This document shows positions 37,329 through 48,289 of a stretch of DNA of 64,000 nucleotides, piece after piece. A model generated the notes under the pieces. That model ran no database searches, was not told the DNA's origin, and was given only the letters and a program-made list of their open reading frames with translations. How positions within the stretch are numbered: position 1 is the stretch's first letter; each line of letters opens with the position of its first letter. The position numbers were made by a program, and so were the translations under genes. This DNA comes from Haliotis rubra (Eukaryota), in the NCBI RefSeq assembly GCF_003918875.1, contig NW_025766043.1, forward strand, positions 1-64,000, in the 5' to 3' direction.

Positions 37329-37436
37329 CTGTAATGACGCCATTAGGAATGGCTGGAGGTTGCCAGTTGATCAGAGCAGTGTCACCTTTGTCATCTGCTA
37401 CTGTCACGGTGATGTCTGCTGGTGCAGTACCTGGAG
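37329..37436 (-). CDS. FN3-array gene exon: first half of FN6-like domain (copy 2)
   Basis: APGTAPADITVTVADDKGDTALINWQPPAIPNGVIT; 108 nt, AG/GT. Confidence 0.88.
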
Positions 37437-37755
37437 CTGCGGACCAAACAACAACTTGATTAATCCAGCACTGTACCTAGAGGTGCGGACCAAACAACAA
37501 CTTGATTAATCCAGCACTGTACCTAGAGGTGCGGACCAAACAACAACTTGATTAATCCAGCACTGTACCTAGAGGTGGGGACCAAACAACAACTTGATTA
37601 ATCCAGCACTGTACCTAGAGCTGCGGACCAAACAACAACTTGATTAATCCAGCACTGTACCTAGAGGTGCGGACCAAACAACAACTTGATTAATCCAGCA
37701 CTGTACCTAGAGGTGCGGACCAAACAACAACTTGATTAATCCAGCACTGTACCTG
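37437..37755. repeat. 46-bp minisatellite, 7 copies, overlapping a splice acceptor
   Basis: ggaccaaacaacaacttgattaatccagcactgtacctagaggtgc at 37441, 37487, 37533 ... 37717. Confidence 0.95.
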
Positions 37756-37778
37756 GATGTAACATTTAGTCCCCACTG

Positions 37779-37935
37779 AGGTAGCCTAGTGGTTAAAGCG
37801 TTCGCTCATTACACCAAAGACCCGGGTTCGAATCCCCACATAGGCACAATGTGTGAAGCCCATTTCTGGTATTCCCCGCCGTGATACTGCTGGAATATTG
37901 CTAAAGGCGGTGTACTACTAAACTCACTCACTCAC
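37779..37935 (+). mobile_element. tRNA-derived SINE family A
   Basis: Box A/B and (ACTC)n tail. Confidence 0.88.
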
Positions 37936-38024
37936 TGACAATGAACATGAAATGTTATTACTGGAGCTTCCTGGAAAAATATAGAAAGCCTTTCATGTAC
38001 GGACCAAGAACTGTTAAACATTAC

Positions 38025-38222
38025 CTGCTGCCGAGGTGGTGAAAGCAACAACATTAGAGAATGGTCCATAACCCTTCCTGTTCCGAGCCTGCACCTTGAA
38101 GTAATTCGTCTGCTCTGGCTTCACACTGTTCAGGCGGGTCGACAGATCTTCACCTTGCACCTGCATGACTGTCCAATCTCTGTTGTCCCATGTCTTGTTA
38201 GTGGCGTAGAGAATCGTGTAGC
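38025..38222 (-). CDS. FN3-array gene exon: second half of FN6-like domain (copy 1)
   Basis: GYTILYATNKTWDNRDWTVMQVQGEDLSTRLNSVKPEQTNYFKVQARNRKGYGPFSNVVAFTT; 198 nt, AG/GT. Confidence 0.9.
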
Positions 38223-38650
38223 CTGAGTGTGTAAACATTTTGGGTCTTACATCACATGACGATGTATTTTCTGACCAGTAATTTGCCCAGATATGATCAA
38301 TGTCTTATATATCTAGAATATCTGAACAAAATTTCAACACATACCACATATCAACATCCAGCTCTTCAGAAAAGAAGAGGTCTGTCATGCGATCAGAGGT
38401 TTTACATACAAGGGCTATATGGATGCAAACAGTGTTCAATAAATTTGTGTAACCATGGTAACATGGATTAAAGAACTTAAGTACTCCATCTGTAAACTCT
38501 GGCTGATCATCTCTCTTTTTCATGTATAATTATTGGATTATGTTGCCATGGCTACATACATGAAAGCTGCAACAAAGGCATAAATATATGTCTACACCGT
38601 TTTTGTAAACCCATTCAAACAAAGATACTATATGATGCAGACGGACGTAC

Positions 38651-38752
38651 CCGTGATGACTCCATTAGCCTGTGTTGGGGGCTGCCAATTGATGGCAATG
38701 GAGTCCTGTGTGTCGCTGAGAACAGTCAGGTCCGTTGGTGGCGTGGCAGGTG
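38651..38752 (-). CDS. FN3-array gene exon: first half of FN6-like domain (copy 1)
   Basis: APATPPTDLTVLSDTQDSIAINWQPPTQANGVIT; 102 nt, AG/GT. Confidence 0.88.
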
Positions 38753-38951
38753 CTATAAGAATTGAATTTTCATCCAAAACAAAATCTCCCAAGAGCTATC
38801 ACTACAATAATTGCATCAAAATGCTTGCAGACAAGTCACCTCATTGGTTACCATGACATCACAATCAAATGACATCACTAATCTTTCTTCCACTAAAGCT
38901 GGTAAGCACAACTTTCTATACTCTTGACACAGATTTACTGTTTGCAAACTA

Positions 38952-39289
38952 CAGCTTGTTCAGCTTAACCTGAGCTACTCTACATATGACTGGGAGGTCA
39001 AATGGCACAAACAGCAGATCGAGTTAACTTCATTAAATAGGGGAGCAGAGAATGTTATTAATGTTGCATTTGTGCGAAGCATGCATACATGGATTTGTTA
39101 CAGAACCCGGAAAACAACACTTTTTTAAAGAAAGCTGACGATTTCTCGTCACTGAGATGTCAAACGGCGACCTGTTCAGACATGTTGACAATCAACTGAC
39201 AAATGTGCACCCTTCACAATAATAGACCCAACCAGTTGTGATACACAATGCATTAGTATTCACTTGATCAAGTCAAGCTGAACAAGCTG
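38952..39289. mobile_element. Tc1/mariner-like MITE
   Basis: TIR cagcttgttcagctt / aagctgaacaagctg flanked by TA. Interrupts a dispersed repeat whose uninterrupted copy is at ~25075-25220. Confidence 0.75.
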
Positions 39290-39437
39290 TAATATGGTTG
39301 CATGAATGACTTTGGATGATAAAAAGAATCGGATTTGGGTATATTGATTTATAAAATATCAACATTTCTCAAGTTCACAGTTGATAAATACAACAACACT
39401 TCAGTACAATACTCTCGGTAACAACTGTGTTTCCAGC

Positions 39438-39514
39438 CCATTTCTGGTGTCCCCTGCCGTGATATTGCTGGAATATTGCTAAAAGCGGCATAAAACCATG
39501 CTCACTCACTCACT
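39438..39514 (+). mobile_element. 5'-truncated SINE family A
   Basis: 3' half plus tail; TSD ctgtgtttccagc / ctgtgttcccagc. Confidence 0.8.
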
Positions 39515-39686
39515 CTGTGTTCCCAGCAGATAGAGTTATACATAGTTATTTCATGTCAGGGATTTATGTAGAATATTTGACGTCTAGTCTGTCATAAATG
39601 TTTGTGACAATGCCAAAATGGAATAGCAACATTGCCCCTAATACTATTATCCATGTGAAAACAAATGTCATGATTCTTTAGGGGTG

Positions 39687-39747
39687 ACCCACCGTGATAT
39701 TGCTGTAATATTGCTAAAAGCAGCATAAAACCATTCTCACTCACTCA
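39687..39747 (+). mobile_element. 5'-truncated SINE family A
   Basis: 3' end plus tail; 11-bp TSD ctttaggggtg at 39676 and 39748. Confidence 0.8.
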
Positions 39748-39967
39748 CTTTAGGGGTGGCTTCCATTTCCTTTAGAAGGGGCATTTACGCTTAGGTTAAC
39801 ATTACTGCATTAAAGGTTACGGGGAATATAACTTTAAAATAACTACCCCTTTCAATAAAATAATTGTATTTTTACCCATTACAATTGCCACTGTCAGATT
39901 GGAATCCTGAGAATACTCTGCCACTGCCTTGTATGTGTGTCTCTGTTTCAGTACTTAAAATATGCTA

Positions 39968-40203
39968 CCCGTGATGGTCCAGGTTAGAATATTGGCCTTC
40001 AGTAATCCATGCTTGTCGTAAGAGGCGACTAACGAGATCGGGTGGTCAGGCTCGCTGACTTGGTTGACACATGTCATCGGTTCCCAATTGCGCAGATCGA
40101 TGCTCATGCTGGGTTGTCTGGTCCAGACTCGATTATTTACAGACCGCCGCCATAAAGCTGGAATATTGCTGAGTGCGGCGTAAAACTAAACTCACTCACT
40201 CAC
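39968..40203 (+). mobile_element. SINE family B (V-domain-like core, no tRNA head visible)
   Basis: ccatgcttgtcgtaagaggcgactaac core; same 3' tail as family A; TSD-like acttaaaatatg / acttaatatatg. Confidence 0.85.
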
Positions 40204-40452
40204 TTAATATATGTCACAGGTATATACTTCTGTTAGAGAAGGCTTCATTCTCTTTACACGGTTTTCACAGTAGCCAGAATTTATACACAATGGACTTGAT
40301 TTATTATTTTCGCTGGTGTTTATAGATGTACATTGGCATTTATCTCTACCGTCAACATAACTAACTTTAAACAAAATATATTATATTTCCTGATTGTAAC
40401 TTCATAACTAACAAAACATTTTGTAAATGTGGCTAAGTGAGTTCCACCATAC

Positions 40453-40762
40453 CTGACTCGTGGGTCAAGATCAGAGATGACATGCTCCATGTTGAGTTTT
40501 CCCTTCCGTCCGTAACATGCACCGATACTTCGTATTCTGTGAAGGGCTTGAGGTTGTGTATCTGTACGCTGGTGTGAGAGGTGGCAACATACTGGTACAC
40601 TTCATGCTTGTGACGGTACCTAACCATGTACAAGTAGTTGTCAGGAAGCTCTACCCCGGCCTTCTGGTTCCCATCAGTCCACGCATGCGATGATGGAGGA
40701 TTTAGGACTGAAGCTGCCCTGTATCCCGACTGGTGGCGTGAGTGCGCTGTTCCGACTCCACT
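40453..40762 (-). CDS. FN3-array gene exon: DCC/neogenin FN5-like domain (copy 1), frameshifted
   Basis: LTPPVGIQ...(fs)WTDGNQKAGVELPDNYLYMVRYR...NLKPFTEYEVSVHVTDGRENSTWSMSSLILTHES; 310 nt, AG/GT. Confidence 0.85.
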
Positions 40763-41193
40763 CTATAATGAACAACCTCACAGTAACATATTGTAACATA
40801 ATGTTGGCAAATATATAGTATATGATGGGTGAGTCTATAATACTATTTTGTTTAATTAATATTTCAATGCTGAAATATGTTACAACATAGATCCTCACCC
40901 AAGGTAGTGAAGGACCAATGTCAATAATGTATAGTATGAGCGTAAAAAAAGACTTCAAGGCTTTTTTTTATAAACTTATAACACTAAATACAAAAACACT
41001 CATTCACACCACAAACACAACTAATAAAAGAACAGTCAATAATAACAACAACAATTTATACAATGCTGCAATGCATCCATAAGGACAACATTAATGAACT
41101 TAGTCACTGTGCACTTGATATTCATTCTCAGCTCCCTGGGGATCATACAACCCAAGTGGCCATTCAGGCACCAGTTACATTGTTCATGGGTGA

Positions 41194-41354
41194 GTGAGTG
41201 AGTTCAGTTTTACGCCGCTTTTTGCAATATTTCAGCAATATCACGGCGGGGTACACCAGAAATGGGCTTACACATTGTGCCCATGTGGGGAATCGAACCC
41301 GGACCTTCAGCGTGACGAGCGAACGCTTTAACCACTAGGCTACCCCACCGCCCC
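41194..41354 (-). mobile_element. tRNA-derived SINE family A, full length
   Basis: 13-bp TSD tgttcatgggtga at 41181 and 41355. Confidence 0.92.
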
Positions 41355-41807
41355 TGTTCATGGGTGAACAGAGGTCAGTTTTAAACAAAGTGAGGTAGAC
41401 ACCACATGAGCTAATTGTGCTTCAGGGTTAGGTTGCATCAGTTGCTAAGTTTCTAATACATTAAACCACAAATACAGTCACAACAAACTGTCGTATTGGT
41501 CCTGGACACTTGCTATATAATTTAGTTGAAACATGCATAACAAACTATGGTTATAAACATAGTAAAATTAGTGATCCTACAGTTAGAGGCCCAGGATGTG
41601 ATCCTGTTGAGTTCATTTTGACCTTAGTTTACTGTCTTTCATTCACATAACTTTTGCCTGGTCCAGACATAGAGGCAGGCTGCTGCCATACAGCTGTAAT
41701 ATTGCTGACAGAGGCATTAAACAACAAACAAACCATGCAGAAAATCAAGAAAACAAGAAGCAAGATGGTCTATATAATAGATAATGTCAGTTCTTCAAGA
41801 AACCCAC

Positions 41808-41897
41808 TTTTGAGTGTCTTGACTGCATCATAAAGAGGCTGCCCCACTCCAATCTTGTTGAAGCCGACAAGTTTCACCACATACTCTGTGTTTGGCT
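41808..41897 (-). CDS. FN3-array gene exon: end of DCC/neogenin FN4-like domain
   Basis: EPNTEYVVKLVGFNKIGVGQPLYDAVKTLK; 90 nt, AG/GT. Confidence 0.88.
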
Positions 41898-42429
41898 CTG
41901 TGGAGGACAAAGATGGATGACATCAAAGGTCTGTCTGACTACAGTTCTAACAGGAGGGATGACTGATATTCATGAAGACATAGTAGACACCACAAGCATT
42001 TCAACACTATGATTATTATGTTGAAGTGAGCGTATGTTCTTTACTGGCATTCATGTTTACCAGTTTGATCAGAATTCTGTATGCATATAAGAACAATATT
42101 GCAGAGATTATTGACGCAAAGTTCAGTTGACCAGAATACAGAACATCAAGTGTAATCACATCATCACGCACATCACAAGGAACATTTTTCCTTTACATTG
42201 GGTGATCTCGAGGTACAATTTTTATTCTGTTTAAGTGTAGATTTCTACTTGGTATGTTTTGCTAAATATAGGGCCTCTTTAGAAAGACTTAAAATCACTG
42301 GCAATATTAGGGCCTTTTCAAAGCTAAAATTAATTCAAGTTCTTTTGCATAAAATGTCCAAATAACTGTCTTTTCAAACCCGTGTGAACCCTGTGGATGA
42401 ATGAGATTGGTAACACAGCAGACACTCAC

Positions 42430-42632
42430 CTAGGTTGATACTACGGTATAAGACATCTGATGCTTGTCCACCACTGTGCTGTGGGTGTCTGGGATGCCCT
42501 TCCGTAGCTGAGGATGTAGCCGTCCGCGAGGTCAGCTGGGAGGAGAGAAGTGGGGCCAGTCAATCACCACGCTGTTGCTACTTGGCCTCAGACGTAAATG
42601 AGTAGGTGGGGCCGGAGCACTGTAGACCCTGT
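42430..42632 (-). CDS. FN3-array gene exon: start of FN4-like domain, several indels
   Basis: APAPPTHLRLRPSSNSVVIDW...ADGYILSYG..GIPDTHSTVVDKHQMSYTV; ttttcag acceptor, gtgagt donor. Confidence 0.8.
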
Positions 42633-43159
42633 CTGAAAAGGGCATGAAAACTTAAAATAAACCTACAGTAAATATCACTCCATAGTTTTAAATTGTATGA
42701 AGTAACTTTTTCAGTGTTCATAATCAAGGTGGTACTGAACTCTGTTATGTTTCATTGCTGTAGTATTTTAATTTAAAACATGATAACTCTTTAATATTTA
42801 AGTTTACGACAAAGACCTCTTGACTTACAAGCTTAATTTCAAATGCTGTATACGATTAATGATATGTTTACAGTATTTGATGCACTACATGCAAATACCA
42901 CTTGAATCACAAATGCCATTTATGTGCATTATAGAGAGCTTAAATGGTTTTCCAATACTTCTTAAAAACAGCAGCTATCTCTGCCTGCATGTTTACTAGA
43001 CATGAGGCAGGTTGGAACATCTCGTCATACAGTCCACTAGAGTACAGTCACCATCACCTGCCGTGGTCTCTGTTTTATTCAGAATCTACTGAACACTGTC
43101 GTTAGAGAGGCCAAATGACAACGATGTATAATGGCGTCATGTTACTGCTGTCAACATAC

Positions 43160-43311
43160 TGTGTGTCCTGATGGTGTCAGACGGAGGACTGGCCTGGCTG
43201 ATGCCGATTTCGTTTCTTGGCTGGGACCTGGAACATGTGCGATGTTCCTGGCTGCAGGTTCTGTACAGTGTAGGAGTTCTTTGTGATATCCTTGGATGCT
43301 GTTACCCAATC
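43160..43311 (-). CDS. FN3-array gene exon: second half of Robo-FN1-like domain, one frameshift
   Basis: DWVTASKDITKNSYTVQNLQPGTSHMFQV-(fs ggg 43223-43225)-QPRNEIGISQASPPSDTIRTH; phase 0/1. Confidence 0.85.
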
Positions 43312-43580
43312 CTAAACAGTCAAAATGGGGCTAAAAATCCCTCAAAGCTACAACCATGAAACATATTACAAAATCAATAACATACACAAATGAACAAATT
43401 TTACCTCAAATCTTTTGTAATATTTTTATGGGAGGGTGTAAGAAGTGATGCATGTGAACAAAATCTGTAGGACTCAATTCTTACAACTTCATTTAAACAC
43501 ACTGCAGAGGTATCTGTAATTCATCATTGGTTTCTATTCAGCAGGTAGAGAGAGTCTGGAAAACACACAGTGTGAGGCTC

Positions 43581-46218
43581 CACACAAACAGTCAGTCTCT
43601 TCAAGGATTACACAGGATCAGCCATCTAAAGGTACCACAACTGACACACCACACAAACAGTCAGTCTCTTCAAGGATTACACAGGATCAGTCATCTAAAG
43701 GTACCTGGCACTGACACACACACAAACAGTAATTCTGTCAACAGTCAGTCTCTTCAAGGATTACACAGGATCAGTCATCTAAAGGTACCACAACTGACAC
43801 ACCACACAAACAGTCAGTCTCTTCAAGGATTACACAGGATCAGTCATCTAAAGGTACCACAACTGACACACCACACAAACAGTCAGTCTCTTCAAGGATT
43901 ACACAGGATCAGTCATCTAAAGGTACCACAACTGACACACCACACAAACAGCCAGTCTCTTCAAGGATTACACAGGATCAGTCATCTAAAGGTACCACAA
44001 CTGACACACCACACAAACAGTCAGTCTCTTCAAGGATTACACAGGATCAGCCCATCTAAAGGTACCACAACTGACACACCACACAAACAGTCAGTCTCTT
44101 CAAGGATTACACAGGATCAGTCATCTAAAGGTACCAAAACTGACACACCACACACAAACAGTCAGTCTCTTCAAGGATTACACAGGATCAGTCATCTAAA
44201 GGTACCACAACTGACACACCACACACAAACAGTCAGTCTCTTCAAGGATTACACAGGATCAGCCATCTAAAGGTACCACAACTGACACACCACACAAACA
44301 GTCAGTCTCTTCAAGGATTACACAGGATCAGCCATCTAAAGGTACCACAACTGACACACCACACAAACAGTCAGTCTCTTCAAGGATTACACAGGATCAG
44401 CCATCTAAAGGTACCACAACTGACACACCACACAAACAGTCAGTCTCTTCAAGGATTACACAGGATCAGCCATCTAAAGGTACCACAACTGACACACCAC
44501 ACAAACAGTCAGTCTCTTCAAGGATTACACAGGATCAGCCATCTAAAGGTACCACAACTGACACACCCTACAAACAGCCAGTCTCTTCAAGGATTACACA
44601 GGATCAGTCATCTAAAGGTACCACAACTGACACACCCTACAAACAGTCAGTCTCTGCAAGGACTACACAGGATCAGCCATCTAAAGGTACCACAACTGAC
44701 ACACCACACAAACAGTCAGTCTCTTCAAGGATTACACAGGATCAGTCACCTAAAGGTACCACAACTGACACACCACACAAACAGTCAGTCTCTTCAAGGA
44801 TTACACAGGATCAGCCATCTAAAGGTACCACAACTGACACACCACACAAACAGTCAGTCTCTTCAAGGATTACACAGGATCAGCCATCTAAAGGTACCAC
44901 AACTGACACACCCTACAAACAGCCAGTCTCTTCAAGGATTACACAGGATCAGCCATCTAAAGGTACCACAACTGACACACCACACAAACAGTCAGTCTCT
45001 TCAAGGATTACACAGGATCAGTCATCTAAAGGTACCACAACTGACACACCCTACAAACAGTCAGTCTCTTCAAGGATTACACAGGATCAGCCATCTAAAG
45101 GTACCACAACTGACACACCACACAAACAGTCAGTCTCTTCAAGGATTACACAGGATCAGCCATCTAAAGGTACCAACAACTGACACATTCTACAAACAGT
45201 CAGTCTCTTCAAGGATTACACAGGATCAGCCATCTAAAGGTACCACAACTGGACACACCACACAAACAGTCAGTCTCTGCAAGGATTACACAGGATCAGC
45301 CATCTAAAGGTACCACAACTGACACACCCTACAAACAGCCAGTCTCTTCAAGGATTACACAGGATCAGCCATCTAAAGGTACCACAACTGACACACCACA
45401 CAAACAGTCAGTCTCTTCAAGGATTACACAGGATCAGCCATCTAAAGGTACCACAACTGACACACCACACAAACAGCCAGTCTCTTCAAGGATTACACAG
45501 GATCAGCCATCTAAAGGTACCACAACTGACACACCACACAAACAGTCAGTCTCTTCAAGGATCATTACAGGATCAGCCATCTAAAGGTACCACAACTAAC
45601 ACACTACAAACAGCCAGTCTCTTCAAGGATTACACAGGATCAGCCATCTAAAGGTACCACAACTGACACACCACACAAACAGTCAGTCTCTTCAAGGATT
45701 ACACAGGATCAGCCATCTAAAGGTACCACAACTGACATACCACAAACAGTCAGTCTCTTCAAGGATTACACAGCATCAGTCATCTAAAGGTACCACAACT
45801 GACACACCACACAAACAGTCAGTCTCTTCAAGGATTACACAGGATCAGTCATCTAAAGGTACCACAACTGACACACCACACAAACAGTCAGTCTCTTCAA
45901 GGATTACACAGCATCAGTCATCTAAAGGTACCACAACTGACACACCACACAAACAGTCAGTCTCTTCAAGGATTACACAGCATCAGTCATCTAAAGGTAC
46001 CACAACTGACACACCACACAAACAGTCAGTCTCTTCAAGGATTACACAGGATCAGCCATCTAAAGGTAACCACAACTGACACACCACACAAACAGTCAGT
46101 CTCTTCAAGGATTACACAGGATCAGCCATCTAAAGGTACCACAACTGACACACCACACAGTCAGTCTCTTCAAGGATTACACAGGATCAGCTATCTAAAG
46201 GTACCACAACTGACATAC
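43581..46218. repeat. 69-bp intronic minisatellite, ~38 near-identical copies
   Basis: cacacaaacagtcagtctcttcaaggattacacaggatcagccatctaaaggtaccacaactgacacac; period 69. Confidence 0.97.
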
Positions 46219-46622
46219 CAGAAAGCTGTAATCATTAGGAGAGGTGTTACTATTCACTCACATATTCGATGAAATACACCATAAAACTTGGTAAATTTCA
46301 TTTTTTTTCAAAACAATTCTCATGCTCGCTCATGGATTTCATCAAAGCTGTAAAAATCTAACACCTGCTCCAGGCCCGGCTTCCTTTCCACAAGAGTCTG
46401 ATATGAACATGTGTCCATGAAACAACTGAAATAGCTTTCAGAGTTGCATCAAACTTGACTCCCTCACTCACCCTCCGTCAGCAATCCAATTAGATATGAC
46501 GATGTGTCAACTTTGTCAAGCAAGACTGACCACCTGATCCCATTAGTCATCTCTTACAACAAACATGGGTTGCAGACGGCCAATTCTAACCCCAATCTCC
46601 CCTGGCGACTGTATATACTCAC

Positions 46623-46789
46623 ATGTTTCTGTCCACTGATGCTGAAGTACTCAATGATGTAGCCAAGGAGTTTGTCCTGCTGTGCACGGGGTCCCGGCTG
46701 CCATGTCAGCTTCACGCTGGTGTCTGTGACGTCTGACTCCACCACCTGGGGCTGCGGCGCCTCGGGCAGCTTCAGGCTGAACACTGACT
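46623..46789 (-). CDS. FN3-array gene exon: first half of Robo-FN1-like domain (most 5' exon visible)
   Basis: SVFSLKLPEAPQPQVVESDVTDTSVKLTWQPGPRAQQDKLLGYIIEYFSISGQKH; ccacag acceptor (phase 1, so upstream exons exist), gtgagt donor. Confidence 0.88.
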
Positions 46790-46987
46790 CTGTGGAATTG
46801 TTAACTGCTGTCTCTAAAAAATAGAAACACGGGCACGGTTTTACCTTGACTTACAAAGGTGGGGGACCAGGGTACCCCCAACAATAAATGTTACAGGTCC
46901 TTGCTGGGAATATGAGGGACCTGTAAAATATTGATACGGTGTAGTGTACATTCAGATAATTACTCCAGAGCCAGGAGTAATCAGTGG

Positions 46988-47198
46988 CAGGGGTCCAGTG
47001 TTTTTTTCTGCCGGGCAAGCAAATTTGTATATCACACTGTACCGGTGTCCAGTTGACTTTCCAATATTTATTATGTGGTTTATTTAAAAAATCAACAAGA
47101 AAACGGCCGGTATAGTGGGAAAATTATCAGGGCAAGTGATTTTACATGTGCCACTGTACCGGAGTACACTAGCAATTTTAAAGTTCTTTCCACCCCTG
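46988..47198. mobile_element. Probable MITE with CAGGGG termini
   Basis: caggggt...acccctg; agtgg on both flanks; internal gggcaag and ctgtaccgg repeats. Confidence 0.5.
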
Positions 47199-47778
47199 AG
47201 TGGTCATGTGGACAGCGGTCATGACTGATGGGAGAAATTACAAACACAGATAACTACTCCTGACACATGGTAGGGATTTTTGTGTGTCTCTTTGGATGCA
47301 GAATCTTTTGGTTTCTGCGTCGCGTAAAACCTGGAAACATGGGTCAGTGAACTGTGATTTAAAAAGCCCTTTTCTAGTGGGAATATATTCTTCGTATTAG
47401 TGACCTCAATAAAGCATCTCCTGGCTTGAAATGTCTAGTATCTATAAAATCTTATGATTCTCACAGAAATTTGTTAAAAAATGACATTTCCCTTTGAAAT
47501 TTACTGACAAAATGGACGAAACATGTGATTCTCTTCTCATTTTGTTATCTCTCCTGTATCCATGACTACAAAATGGCAGTGACAGACCATGCTGAGTTTG
47601 GTTTTTTTCAGCAAATAGAAAACAGATCTGCATGTACAATTACTGTCAAACACTTTAGCTCCCAGTTTAATGCAATACATATAAGACAACAGATAATTGT
47701 ATCACAGTACATAAGCCAAAACTGCTCTAAACAATGGTCAAGATTATTTATTAATTAAGAAATACAGTTCGCTCTACC

Positions 47779-47911
47779 ACCATGTATAGTGTAATAAAAC
47801 ACACTTTCGCCCTAAATTATTATAGTTAAAGTACAAGGACACTTGCGTCCGAGTGCTTTTAACGTTATAATAGTTTAGAGTGAAAGTGTGCTTTATAACA
47901 CTATACATGGT
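47779..47911. repeat. ~130-bp imperfect palindrome (fold-back/MITE-like)
   Basis: accatgtatagtgtaataaaacacactttcgccctaaattattata ... tataatagtttagagtgaaagtgtgctttataacactatacatggt. Confidence 0.85.
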
Positions 47912-48289
47912 ATTAAACTTGGCTATATTCTTACCTAAAATACCAAATTTAATACTTTCTAAGGATGATTACGATTAATTCAAGGCAGAAAGAGCAAGCA
48001 GCGGTGTCGGTGACCTAAATTAAGAATCCTGGCGACAGGGCTAACTGGCAAGCTATTTAACGCTTGTTCTATTGGTGTGTCTGCCCCTCACGTTCAAGAC
48101 CTAGCGTTACCAGAAAAACAAATGATAACGGTTTGATGGCCGGTTTTCGTTACGGTCGAAGAAATATCTTCTCTGAATTGGTTTGAGTACATCTGTCATT
48201 AACTTTGACCATATGGGACAATATGAGCGTGCGATTTCTACTACCAGCGGTAAGTTTAGATGAGTACATCCAGATGAAGCTGAGTAGTC

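Noticed and set aside
43527-44270. 247-aa ORF with 23-aa repeats
   Set aside because: Translation of the 69-bp minisatellite, antisense within an intron.
33468-46789. Calling the FN3 gene neogenin/DCC/frazzled or robo
   Set aside because: Domain order, repeated FN5/FN6, terminal EGF and lack of TM do not fit either receptor, so no symbol is assigned.
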